Shown here: piece by piece, positions 10,701 through 23,429 of the stretch | Layout: each line of letters begins with the position of its first letter | Numbering within the stretch: the stretch's first letter is position 1 | NCBI GenBank assembly: GCA_038087875.1 | Contig: CM075994.1 | Coordinates: 11,410,001-11,474,000, forward strand | Length of the DNA stretch: 64,000 nt | Source: Malacoraja senta | Lineage: Eukaryota | Direction: 5' to 3' | Program-made: the position numbers and the translations under genes | The notes under the pieces: model-generated | Databases searched by the model: none | What the model was told of the DNA's origin: nothing | Seen by the model: only the letters and a program-made list of their open reading frames with translations

Positions 10701-12699
10701 GCAGTGATAAGGTCTATTTGGATCAAGAGGGGATTTTGATGAGAATCCGGGAATGGTAATTTGTTTTGGTTAATGTAAACAATAATTCATATTCGTTACG
10801 TACTCGGTGAAGAAGCACTCCCTCCAGAAACGTCGCATATCAATGTCATCCGGACCTGCCCGTGGTGAGCCCTGGCAACTGACCTCAGCCGGGCGAACGA
10901 CAATTAGCAGAGACAGCAGCAACGCCGCAGCTTGGCGCCAACCCGGAGCATGCGCCCTTTTCAGGGCGGGCATCTCTGGATGTCAAACTGGATGGCATCA
11001 CCCTGCTGCGGACTTCTGCTGACTCAAACGCAAGAGGAAGAAGAAGTCATCCGGAGACGTTGTCTGACCATCTAACATATTCCGATACATTGTATCTTTT
11101 TTTGGTAATATCGCATCTGCAATTCCTCGTATCTGCAACTTTTATGTGTACTTGATGGGCTCAAAGGCTCGTGTTAGTGTTGCATCCCAATTATATTTGA
11201 CTCAGTGTGCCACCCCACCATTTAATATGTTATATTATAGCCGATCCCCCAACTAACCCACAGCAGAGAGGTATTAAGAAAAGTAGAAAAAAACAGCAGG
11301 GGAAGGAACAGTTAAAGGATTTTAGTTCAACAAAGTACATATTATGGGAGCGCCACACTGAATATTGCACATCGACTGAGTACAACAAGCAGGATCCCAT
11401 TAATATAGTCCATCAATCAAAGCATACAACACTTGAACTCAGCTGGAGATAACAAGTAATTGTGAACAATATTCTGAGGGTGGAAGATAATGTTGCCCAA
11501 TGTCATATCAGCAACATAATCATGGTAATCCTAGCCCAGAAATATGGATAGCCATAAATTGTTGCGAGGGCTTTCAGAGCTTCGCCGAAACGGGATTTGA
11601 AAGAGTGGGACTCACTCAGCATCTCCAAAGCCACACCACCATCTGTAAGAAAAGATGTTCTCCACTTGGTTGAACGAGTACCTCTCCATAAACATTCGCA
11701 TATCGGATGCTTTCTACTCACCACTAGGCTTTTGAACGACCGGACCACTCTCAATAAATGAGGAGCAATCGTATTTAAATTGTCACGTGGAATCCTATGT
11801 ATGAGCAAGACTAGAGGCAACATCTGCCGATCGTTTTTCTGAACACCCCGTCTCCGCTTATCCGATCTCCCTGTTGCCAAACATTTAACTTCCCCTCCCC
11901 GCTCCCCTATTGACCTTTCTTACACGGGATTCCTCCACTGTCAAAGTTACGCTAAAATGGCAATGTTTACGACGTTCTCAAAGTCCAACTTCGATAGCCA
12001 TTACTCCTCGGAGGATGGTTAGGAGGTATATTTTACGCACTCACGACACACTCACGACACACATAAGGCACACTTAAGATAGCAAAAACGAATCTTCCAA
12101 ACGTTGTTCCTTGATTACTTGGTATTTTATTGAAGTAGTACATAGCAAAGAAATAATCCTTCACTTTTCGTTCTTAACCGCTATTCCATTAATGTCATAT
12201 TAATCATCTAAACGTTTTTTTCTTATAAAATATGTCGTCTCATTAACATGTGTGAATGAATGGTAAAAAAACTGTATTCCCACCATCCTTCCAAGACCCA
12301 ACTGACCCAATCTATGAGTCTGCGCAAGTCTACTCTAGAAATAGACACACCCCTTCTACATATCAAATCCCACCTACACAAATACAGACAGATAAAGATT
12401 AAAATATTTAAAATGTTAGACATGGCTATAATATACCGACAGGCTTAATGGCTCCTACAGAAGCTATATGCAACTTTAAGGAACAGAACCACATATTTCG
12501 CTTGTGTAGCTTACAACCAAGAGGTATTAATGTTAATCTCTCTAATATTCAGTAAATCCTGCATTCCCTCTCTCTTCCCCTCCCTTACCCGAGTAGTCCG
12601 ACTGGTTCCTACGTTCGCAACCTGTATCCATTCGTTATCACATCTTTATTCCTTGAATCTTCATCGTCCCACTATAGCGCACACCGTCGAATCCTAGCT

Positions 12700-13775
12700 A
12701 CAACCTCATAAATCTTCTCTGCACCCATTCCCGCTTGACAGCACCATGGTTCCCAAAACTGAACACAGTACTCTAAATGCGGCCTCACCAACTCCAGGAG
12801 AACTGCCCGCGTCTATATTCAATATTCTGAATAACGAAGGCCAATTTGCTGAACTCGTTTTGACCACCCTATCTACATGTAACACCGCTTTCAAGGAACT
12901 ATCAATATTCAAGATTCAAGATTCAGGATTCAATTTAATTGACACGTACCAATTAAGATACCGTGAAATTTGAGTTAATAAACAGCCATACTAAGTGAAA
13001 AAACAACAATACACACAGCCACATAAATTAAAATTTAACATAAATATCCACCACAGTGAATTCCATCTTCAATTAAAGTTCAATCATCTTCCTCCGTTGT
13101 TCACCCGTGGTCGGGCTTTTGAAACCTCCGCAGTCGCCGCTGCCGACGGTCCGATGTCCGAGCCTTCGCGTCGGGATGATCGAATCTCCGGGCCGGTCTT
13201 CAGGAAAGGCCGCACCCCACGTTTTTCGCCACAGGGGGGACGGAGATTCGATGCGGCGAAAAATCGAATCTTCATCGAGGAAAGTGAGTTAAAAAAAGTT
13301 TCCCCCAATCCCCCCCCCCCAACCCCCACATAAAACAGCCCAAGAAACATTAAAACATACTTTAAAAAAATACTTAAAATAACAAAAACAGAGAGGGGAC
13401 AAACAGACTGTTGGCGAGGCAGCCACTGCGGCGGCGGCACCCGGTGGTTAACTGTGAACCTTTACTCCCAGTTCCGTCGGCTCCACAACATTCCCCAGAG
13501 CCATATTATTCGTGTTAAACTTCCCAAAATTCAACCTCACATTTATCTGCATTAAATCCCATTAACGATCCCTCAGCCAACCTGTCCAACCGATCAAGAT
13601 CCTGCATATATTTCTGACAATCATCTCCCCTAACTACAATAGCCCCACTTTTGTTTCATCTGCAGATTTGATAATCATGCCATGCACGTTCTTATTCGTC
13701 ATTGAATTAAATGTCAAACTGCAATGGGCTCAGTACCAATCGCTGAGGCACACCACTGGTGACAGGCCTCCAGTC
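12700..13775 (-). mobile_element. Old CR1 RT fragment interrupted by a GC-rich insertion
   Basis: SSLKAVLHVDRVVK (compare SSLKVESHVDRVVK); CR1 sequence resumes at 13450. Confidence 0.75.
12903..13449 (-). mobile_element. GC-rich non-autonomous retroposon with (TTGAATC)n tail
   Basis: Microsatellite tail at 12908-12932; splits the CR1; imperfect TSD AACTAT/AACTGT. Confidence 0.7.
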
Positions 13776-13777
13776 GG

Positions 13778-14448
13778 CTGAAGAAGGGTTTCGGCCCGAA
13801 GCGTTGCCTATTTCCTTCGCTCCATACAAAGGATACAAAGGATACAAAGGACATTTATTATCACATATACCAATTGGTGTAGTGAAATTTGACTTGCCAT
13901 TTCAGCACACGAATAAAGGTAAGACACAACCTTAAAGAATTTAACAATAAGCATAAAAAACCACCCCCCACAATGGTTCCCACAGTGGGGGAAGGCAGCA
14001 AAGGCCAGTCCTGTCCCCTGTTCAACCATAGTCGGGCCTATTGTGGCCTCCGTGGTCGCCGCTACGGCAGCCCGATGCTTCAGGCCCTCTTGCCGGGAAG
14101 ATGGAACTCCGGCGTCGGGTGAACACTCCTCAGCGGCTTGGAATCTCTGGAGCGGCCGCTTCCTCCCCGGAGACCGCGGCTCCCGAAGTCCTCAGGCCGC
14201 GCTGGTTGGAGCTCCGAATCTGGAGATCTCGGATCCCAGGCTCCGCGGTGTTTTAAATCCAGCGCCGGCCGCGGCTGGACGCTCGCAGCCACAGCTCCTC
14301 GATTTTGGAGTCGGCGGTTACAGCACTCCGGAGCCCAACGCACGGCGACCCGGTGAGGCATCGCCCGCTCCGTGACGGTGTTTGAGCGCTGAGCCGCCGC
14401 CCATAGATGCTGCCGCACCCGCTGAGTTTCTCCAGCACTTTTGTCTAC
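13778..14448 (+). mobile_element. Penelope-like terminal repeat (hammerhead-like motif) split by an insertion
   Basis: CTGAAGAAGGGTTTCGGCCCGAAA...CGCTCCATA | CCATAGATGCTGCC...TTTGTCTAC. Confidence 0.75.
13827..14400 (-). mobile_element. GC-rich non-autonomous retroposon, 5'-truncated, (CCTTTGTAT)n tail
   Basis: TSD CCATA at 13822-13826 and 14401-14405; AATAAA before the tail; 3' region resembles 18668-18860. Confidence 0.8.
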
Positions 14449-15755
14449 CATCCACCATCATCCTTTGCTTCCTTCGGAAGTGATCGAAGTCAACGTTGAT
14501 GTTGATCAGGACTTCTGTATTGGTAGTCTGAAAATAATTGAACAGCGTGTATAATACACCCAATGCCATGTTGGCGGTGGGTTGTGCTAGTTCATAAATT
14601 GTGGACAAGATATTCGAAGTGAATTACGTTGGTATATACGACGAAACATTGACCAAAACACAGGCATCGTAGCCTTTCTCCTTGCCCGAAGATTGCACCC
14701 TGCTGCTGCAATAAATGGAGACACCCCAGGTTGTGTGACAGGGTTCGTTGAATTGGGATGAGCCATTTATTTGTGCAAGAAAAACACAGCGGCACTAATT
14801 TTCATTTGAAGCATCGGTCTTCCTCTCAGTTCTTCAATCCTATCTTGGATGATTAAACATTAGCTAGGGATATGCGGGATAACGGGAGCAGGTGCCTACA
14901 TTTGCGTCGTTTGGGCTACCTGTAACTTCTATTTGAGACTCAAGGGAAAAACATGGCATTGTCAAGGCGTTTCAGGTTTGTGTGTTAAAAGACTAACACG
15001 CTTAGTCGCTGAATCCAACCCGTCATGCGACCTATTGATTCAACCCAACTGACATTTATTGACAGACTGCCAGCCTTTCTGCATCTTGTCCAACAATATA
15101 TATTTTATTTATTTTGATATAAAATGGTCAACTCCAATTTGATTCACATGCTCAGAAATGTAATTGTTATACATCATTGTGTGCGTTTTGCTTCGCTATT
15201 CCACGCAAATCATATGGAACACTTTTAGCAATTGTATTTTATTTTCTCCATGTGTGAAATGATTTCATTTGATTTGCTTTGTTTTGTTAATGTCATCTTT
15301 ACCAGTGTGAAGTGTTATGTGTGTTCCATCCACTCAAATAACACCTTACATGATACAATTAAGCAGTATCAACGTACAACAGAAGATCATAGAAGTGCAA
15401 AGACAGAAATAGCAGAAAAGAACATATAGTTTTACAGCATTCTAGCTTTGCAGTTTCAGAGACCACGTCCAATGGCCTCAATGCCTTTTGATCGTAGATC
15501 ATGAAACAACCCAACATAGGCTCTCAATGTTAGTGCCGAAGATAATGTCAAAATTAACAAATCACATCTGCCAACTATTTCTCCATTCCCGGCATGTAAC
15601 AACACGCACATCGAAATGAGTGCAATCAGCGAGTTCGGTATTTCGAAAAACGCAAAGAATCATGGGAATTCTCAAAGATCAATGGCAAAAAAAGAAAAAG
15701 GGATAACTGAAGGTAAATTCTTATCTTTATACATGATTTATGTGTAAAAATATAT

Positions 15756-16180
15756 TTAATCTGAGGAACAGGGGGTGCCAAGTAGCGGGAGAGTGGGTGT
15801 AACAGCGAGAGAGAGGGGGTAGATGCCATTGGGAGACAGGGGAGGGCGCGCACAGACCCGCGCCTCATCCGCGGCCAGGGTCGAGCCCGTGTGACCGGCG
15901 CCATGGGCGCTGCCGTGCCGCCGCTGGACCGCCGAGCCGCCCACACCCCCCCCCTACCCCCAGCGCTGGCAGCGAGCCCGGCCGGACACCTCCGGCTGCC
16001 ACCGGACGGGGACGGGACACCGGGGGGGGGTGTTGGAGGGGGGGAACAGCCCAGAGGCGGCTCGGCGGCGCCCGCGGCGCAGAAGATCCGCGTCGGCGAC
16101 CGACCCCGACCATGGACCTCGACCAAGGACCCCGACGCCAAGAAGCAGCAGAAGCATAAAGCACTCACTGAAAGGAAATT
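15756..16180. other. CpG/GC-rich island of unclear origin (possibly a retroelement 5' UTR)
   Basis: Sharp GC and CpG enrichment within AT-rich flanks. Confidence 0.4.
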
Positions 16181-16399
16181 CTGATAACCAAAGATAACAC
16201 ACAGCAGATCCGCACCTTCCAGTGTTCATCTCCAGTCACCTATGACCTGGGCATGCGCAGTCGGTATACAGAACTCGCTTATACTCCCATAAATAATATA
16301 GTAAAGCCTCGCATTATTTTTATTGGGCATGTGTACGAAAATATTAATGACATACTGTATCGCACGTGTCATCATCATTGGCAATAATTTGCATGGCTC

Positions 16400-16503
16400 A
16401 TTATACCCTCGCGGTTTACCTGAGATATAAATAAGACACTAACCATGAAAGCAGGAGATTTGCAAGCTTTTTCAACTAACTGGAAACATCACATTCAACG
16501 ATT
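16400..16503 (+). promoter_or_regulatory. Putative core promoter (TATAAA 16426-16431) and 5' UTR of GPCR pseudogene
   Basis: Homologous to, and at the same distance from the ATG as, 45788-45685 of the intact paralog. Confidence 0.6.
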
Positions 16504-16573
16504 ATGGGACTGCCCGTAAAATTACTGGTAGATCGCATCTACTATTCCATTCTTGTAATAATTGGAGTTCCTG
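16504..16573 (+). pseudogene. GPR139-like pseudogene, coding exon 1
   Basis: MGLPVKLLVDRIYYSILVIIGVP(G)|GTAAG; 70 nt, phase-1 donor. Confidence 0.85.
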
Positions 16574-16959
16574 GTAAGCAGTTTCAATAATCTTTTTCTA
16601 TGTGCGCCTTAACCTGCTTGACAGCCGACATAGATATCTGGATATATAAATACGTTACTGATACAACGAAACAATCAATCGCCGAATCTGACTATTTCTC
16701 GGGAACAGTCCAATTGATTCGAATGTGGCATCGCGTCCACTTTGCCTTTGATTGAGCAATCCAGCTACATTTGCTGAATTTAATTCGTGTAGAGTGCTCC
16801 AAAATTGTGGTTTTGAACTGTATATTGCATGCATGTCCAAACAGCAGAGGTAAATGGGCTCTTTGCGCGACCAGAAATGGACTCTTTCCGCGACTTTCTA
16901 ATTATTGGTGGACATCACCCTTGTTCGTTGCCGGAAACTTAATTGGAAAGGAGATGCAT

Positions 16960-18210
16960 TTGTTTAGTTTAGTCAAGTTTAGTTTAGTTTATTGTTGTCA
17001 CGTGTACCGCGATGCAATCAAAAGCTTTTGTTTCCGTGCTATCCAGTCCAGATCAATACTAAACATCAATCAATCAATCAAGCCGCCCACAGTGTGCAGA
17101 TAAAGAATGAGGTGTATAACAGCTAGTGCAAATATATAACGTTGTATATATTACATAAACTCCGATCAAAGGAAGTTCAAAAGTCTGCATTGAGGTAGTG
17201 GATGTTCAGTACCGCTGTCTACCTGATGAGACAATCGCTCTGTTGCCTGATAACAGCTGGAAATAAACTGTTACTGAATCTGGACGTATGCGTTTTCAAA
17301 CTTCTCTATCTTCTGCTAGATTGCAGAGAAAGAAAGAGATAGAGTGACCTGGGGAGACTGGTCGTTCATTCTGTTGGCTTCCTTGCTGAGGTTGTGTGAA
17401 GTGCAGATGTAGTCGATGGGAGGCTGGCTGGTTGTTGACATGGTCTGAGCTACGTCCGCAACGCTCTGCAATTTCTTGCGATGTGAATTGAACTGTTCCC
17501 AAACCAGGCTGTGTTGCATTCCGATACGTTGCTTTCCACGGCGCATGTGTAGTCGTTGTTGAGGGTTGTTGGAGGCCAAACCGAAATTGCTCATAGTTCT
17601 AAGGAGGTTGGGCGTTGATGTGCTTTCCAAGCCGTTGCTTCGATGCGGGAGGGCAAATCGCTGGTGAAATTTATTCTTAGGTACTTGAAGCTTTTGACTG
17701 CCTATACGTCGGCTACATCAAGTGGACTGGGATGTGTGGACCGCTTTTCTTCCTAAAATCATTCCCGATCTACTTTGTCTTCCTGACATTGGGAGAGATG
17801 TTGTTGTCTTGACACCAAATTACAAGATTCTCAATCTCCTATCTGTATTTCGTCTCGTCACTATTCGATAGCCGACCAAGTAGTGTAGTATCATATGCAA
17901 ACATGTAGATTGATATGGGTTGGTATTTGGCTCCACAGCCGTGAGTATATAAGGAGCATACAAGAAGGGTGAGAACGAATCCTGGTGGGGCACAAATATT
18001 GAGAATTATATTGGATGACGATTTGTCACGTAGTCTCCTTACATTTGCTCTGTAGGTTCGGATGTTGAGGATCCATTTGTGGAGGGGAGTGGTGACTCCA
18101 ACTTCCACGAGTTTGGAAGTAAGCTTTGTTGGCGGTAATAGTATTGATAACAGAGCTATAGTCGAGGAATCTGACGTAGGTGTCCTTCCTACCCAGGTGT
18201 TTCTTCACAT
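16960..18210 (-). mobile_element. Rex1/Babar-like LINE fragment
   Basis: YVRFLDYSSVINTI and YMFAYDTTLLGRLSNSDETKYR; (TAAAC)n tail. Confidence 0.8.
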
Positions 18211-18667
18211 GAGTGCAGTGTCAGGGCGATGGTATCGGACGTGGACTTGGTGTGGTCGTAGGAGAACATCCGAAATGTGCATGTGCTCAAAGGTCAGAGC
18301 TAGAACGACAGTCAGCTCCCTAATGTGGTGTTGATCCGCTGCGTCGCCAGAACCCAAACTGCTGGATTGAAATTAGAAACTCTGTTATTTTAAAGGAATG
18401 TATTTTAATTTCATGCACAAGCAAATATAATTTCAGTCTCCTGGCGAAAAATATACCAATATTCTTTTTCCATGTGTTTCCATGGTCCGCTTTTAACATT
18501 GGTACCTGGGGTAGTAAATCTTTAGTGGTCTTCCCTTTCATTTTCAATTGCTGGACGAAGCCACTGCCTTCGGCAACAGCACAATATATTATTCAGTGAT
18601 CTTCTGGACGACCTTTAAACTCTAAGGCCGAAGTAAGATTTGCTTAAATACGATATGCTATTGTATC

Positions 18668-19560
18668 AATACAATACAATACAATACGGTTTTATTCTTC
18701 ACATTGCACATAAAGTGCAAGTGAAATGAATTTGCCAGCAGCGGTACAATGATAAAGAAATCCCAAAACACACTAAAATGTTAACATAAACAACCACCAC
18801 AGCATTCATCACTGTGGTGGAAGGCACAAAAATTGGCCAGTCCTCCTCCATTTCCCCCCGTGGTTGGGACCTCAACCCTCCGCAGCCGCCGCTGCAGGCG
18901 TCCAGATGTACAGACATGTAAAAATCCAGGTAAGTCCAGAGTCAGCTCTTCCCCACCGGAGACCGCGGTTTCAGGTTGGTGTAGGCCGCAGGCCGGCGGT
19001 CGAAGATATAAAGTCCCCGCCGCGCCGCAGCCAAAAGCACCGCAGACCGCAGGGCCGGCGGTCGGAGCTCTTCTCCAGGGGTGATGGTAAGTCCACGCAG
19101 GGCCCGCGGTAGATGTAGGCCGCGGGCCGACGGTCAGAGCTTCATCTCCTCCCGGGTCCCCACGCGGGATCCCAGGCTCCGGACGCCGCCAGCAGGAGCT
19201 CCGCAGACCGCGACTTCAGGCTGCAGGCTGCCGCGGCCCAGCGAAACGGAGTGCTCACCTCCGGCGAGCCCCGGCGAGGGATCGCCCGCTCCACGCCGAG
19301 AGTCCGCGCTGCGCCCGCCGCTGAAGCCCGGGGCGCGTCCTCGATGTTAGGCCACGGGGGAGGCGACCTGGAAAAAGTCGCCTCTCCTTGGAGGAGGCAA
19401 CCGAAACGGTTCCCCCCTTACCACCCCCCCACACCACCCCCTCACAAGACACACAAAGAAACATTAAAAACATACATTAAAACACACAAAAAAAAGAAAG
19501 AAAAGTTGAAAAGACTAACACGCTGCCGACAGGGTTGCCGGCTTGCAGCGCCCCACACCG
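18668..19560 (-). mobile_element. GC-rich non-autonomous retroposon with (ATTGT)n tail
   Basis: Same architecture as 12903-13449 (GC start, T-rich block, hairpin, GC body, AATAAA plus microsatellite tail). Confidence 0.75.
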
Positions 19561-20019
19561 ATAAAGTTTATCATGTCGATAAAGTCAACGAAGGTAGGGA
19601 ATAGCCCCACATACAGCTATTTGTTTTGTCATAAAAGTGTATTTTGCTGCGCTCAAAACGAGATGGACGTTATTCCCTAATGAGCAGTGTCGACGTTAAA
19701 TGGGGAGATTTACTGGATGCGATTAATTTCGGCAAGCATTTTATTTCAAATGCTAACCATTCAGCTTAATTGCCCTGAATGCGGAAGCTATCTTTTTGGC
19801 ACTGATTTGTAGTTCCATGTTGATGAAACATAGATATAAAATATAATGTAATGTTACTGTTTGACACAGCTCTGCAAATATTACTGCCAGAAATGCAAAA
19901 GGTTTTTGAATTATTGGGGAATCGAATGCGGGACAAAAAAATACAACGAACTATTTTTGGTGTCCAAATCACAACTGTCATTTTTATCACGATCAAATAA
20001 AAGGAGTGATCAATATTAA

Positions 20020-21092
20020 TCAATATTTTAAATATTTTCAAATCTGTGACTATTTGAAAAAAATATACACAAGAATATCAAAATTTGTCTCCTGACCTAT
20101 TAGACGAAGCAATGAATATAAAGGCGGAATCAACTAATTTAATATCATACCTGTATAATATCATCCTAAATATACAAATACCATCATCCGATAGAATTAG
20201 AAGAGATTGGGAACAAGAACTAGCTATAAAAATCTCGAAAGAGAGTTGGGTTAAACACTTGCTATATGTGCACAAATGCTCGATCAATGTAAGACATATT
20301 TTAATAAAATTTAAAACTTTACATAAACTATATTACTCAAAACCTAACATAAGTATTTTTTTTCCAAATGTCTCCCCCATCTGTGATAAATGTCTATCCC
20401 AAGAAGTAACTATAGCACATTCCTTTGTTTTTTGTATAAAAATTTTGGAATGAAATCTTTGAAATTTTTACAAAATTATTTAATATAAAACTGAACCCGA
20501 ACGCAGAATTGATTATTTTTGGAACAATTGAAGCCAGCTTTGAGCTGACTTCGTTCCAAAAGAGCTTCCTTAATTACGGCTTAATAATGGCAAAAAGACA
20601 TACTTCAATTCTGGAAAATCTCTCCCACACCAACGATAAAAATGTGGATTTCAAATATGTCCGAAATGTTACACCTGGAAGACATGAGATTCCTCCTAGC
20701 AGGCAAATCAGACCATTTCCAAAAGAGTTGGTCTCCATTTATCGAGTTATTACAAACATAACTTTGAAAATAACTGGTTTCAGGACCTGGTGAGGGGTGT
20801 GTAAAGATACCAAGTAGGTACATCCCTTTTACCTTATTTTACTTTCTTATATCTTCTGTTCTCTATTTCTCTCTTTCTTTTTCTTTGGTTTTCTATTTAA
20901 CTCTTTCTCGTGTTTTACGTTTCTACGGGTTTCTCCTGATCACTCTTTCACGCACTTACTATCTTATCTAACTCTCTATTTTTCTTATTTTTAAAGTTTA
21001 AAACAAGAAGTGGTACAGGAAATGTATTATGTTTTTTTTGGCTTATATCACTGTAATGTACATTACTTCTAATAAATAAAATATTTTAAAAA
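20020..21092 (+). mobile_element. L1 3' fragment
   Basis: HKCSINVRH..KTLHKLYY..CDKC..HSFVFC ORF2 C-terminus; A-rich tail; homologous to 51966 and 58143 elements. Confidence 0.9.
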
Positions 21093-21823
21093 TAGATAAT
21101 CAAATAAATGTCTCCATGGCGAAATTTAAGTTTTATTTTCAAATACGGCCACCGTTATCTGGTTATACAGCGACGGCGGACATCAATGTTGTGATAACCA
21201 TGTAACCTTACATTCACTGAGCACATGTCTTACACTTATTTCTCGATTATACCTGCATAATTGTTCAAAGGCCTCCATAACGATTTGTTGTACAGCAATT
21301 TTTTGGATTCTGTTAAGAAAACATACCTGGTAGTTGTTACTGTATTATAACAAAGTGAGAACATACCAGGATAGTTTAAGCATAAAAATAAACTGGTACT
21401 AAATATAAACGACACTATAATATTTTCTGAAACCCGCAGCTTTAACGTCTAAAATTAATCTGCAGCTAAATCACAACGTGACCTGTGATAAAAATTCTTA
21501 ATGCCTTATCAGTGTAATCATTCTCACAGATGAATCACGCCAGCACAGTTATTGTTGCTCCAGAGGAAATTTGAAAGATAACCAAAAATCCCTAAAAGCG
21601 TTGGTTACTGTAATAGCCCCCATTTCGTGCATTTCGTGTATGCCCCATTTCGTGCATAAATTGTGGATAATAGGCACGAGTTAGAAACCGTATCCTGATT
21701 ATTATTCATTCCATAGATTGAATTAAAAAACTGTGGATAAATGAGCAATGGAAATAATGCAACATTTGGAAGAAAGACAATTTACAAGATACGTTTTAAT
21801 GCAATTCCCTTTATTCTTTGCAG

Positions 21824-22716
21824 CTAATATATTGACAATCTCCATCCTGTCCACCGGAAAGTGTGGGCTCTCCATATGCATAACCCGATATCTAGTATGG
21901 ATGGCGGCAGCTAACCTATCGCATCTGATATTTGGTCCAATACTTTTTGAGATTAATGATGCGTTTTTCCACGTCCAGTCCTAGATTACACTCCAATCTG
22001 CCGTCTCAATATGACCTTGATTTATATTGTTATTGATTGTTCCGTTTGGTGGACTGTTTCGTTTACCTTTGATCGATTTGTTTCTATTTGTTGTCATTCG
22101 TTAAAAAGTAAGTAATGCACTGAAAAAAATTCAACAACGGTTATAACGATCGTTTGTTCATTATGCATTGTTGAAAATATGCCGGTTTTCTTCTTACTTG
22201 AACCACGTGAAATAATTGACAATGTGCCCTGGTACAGCACTGCAAAACCAAGCTTCTATAATTTACCTATCTGGGCTGCATTCTTATAGTTAGAGACCAT
22301 CTTAACACAATTTCTATCATTTGTGTTGATCTTCCTGTTCAACGCCTTAATAATAAGTCATATTATACGGGCGAACAGAATCAGAAACAAACTACGGGGA
22401 AACGAAATTGAGAAGTGCCGGATGGTTCAAGAAATTGAGAATCGCTAATTTTACTAATCGCGATATCTGGTAGTTTCCTTCTATTGTGGACGGTAAATTT
22501 TGCTTGCTTTGTTGCTCTACATTTTACCGATAATCAACTGATGAAATCTGATTACAGAGATCATTCGCCGTTGCAGAAGAAACTGGATTCCAGTTAAGAG
22601 TTTTAAGCACTTGTCCAAACACGTTCATTTATGCTGCGTCTCAACGAAACTGCAGAGATGAAATGAAGAAAATGATTAAACGGCCTCTTGTTTTACTTTC
22701 TAAATTATTGAAGTAA
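21824..22716 (+). pseudogene. GPR139-like pseudogene, coding exon 2
   Basis: TTTGCAG acceptor then ANILTISILSTGKCGLS...TFDRFVSICC...NTFIYA...KLLK*; frameshift ~21968, stops TAA 22113 and TAG 22287, deletion after ENR ~22445, frameshift ~22560; AATAAA at 22907. Confidence 0.92.
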
Positions 22717-23429
22717 AATACACAGCTAGATAAACTCAGGGGACATATGCACATTCAACTGGAATTTTAATTTACGATGCACAGACCTAAATTTGTAATG
22801 GGTAATATATTCGCGTTTTTCCTGTTTACATCGCTGCCATATATATTCGTATCCCGAAAAAGCATATCCAAATCACAGGCACTGTTTCGCAATTTGTTTT
22901 ACTTGAAATAAATATTTCAGAAAATGTTTGTTTATTTTAACACAAAGTATTTTTCACACCAACTTAAGATGTGTTAGTCCATTTGTGTGCGCGTGGGAGA
23001 GCGGGGTTTGGGAAGTGGACGTGTTGGTCCAATATTCAGTGGGAACACTGGTTCTTGAGTGAAAAGGGAAACCACTGAGAATACTCGCATGTCATGCAAC
23101 ATCCGAGGAGAGTGCATCAGAGAAAGCGTTTCAGGTCAATGAAATCTCATTGGAACGTCTGCATATTTGCAGTTCCATAGTGGACTGAATGACCGAATCT
23201 ACTAAGCGGAGAGAGCTTATGGTAAAATGAGGAGCAGGGGAGACTCACGGACGGACGTGGTATTGGTATCGGATGTCGAGGGTGCTTTAGACTTGCGCGT
23301 CATGGCGCATCTGATTGGAGATAGAAGCAGGTGGAGATGAATATGGAAAAGGGTACGAGCAAAGGTAATTAATGGTGTATGGCGAGATGTCACCATAATA
23401 TGCCCGCAGTACGTTCAAATTGAAAGGGA

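Noticed and set aside
10800..11047. Possible RTE-like LINE 3' end with (GAA)n tail
   Set aside because: Too degenerate to assign by eye
14450..14790. Possible very old Penelope coding remnant
   Set aside because: Only faint peptide similarity
21748..21984. 78-aa ORF as a standalone gene
   Set aside because: Intron read-through into exon 2 of the GPCR pseudogene
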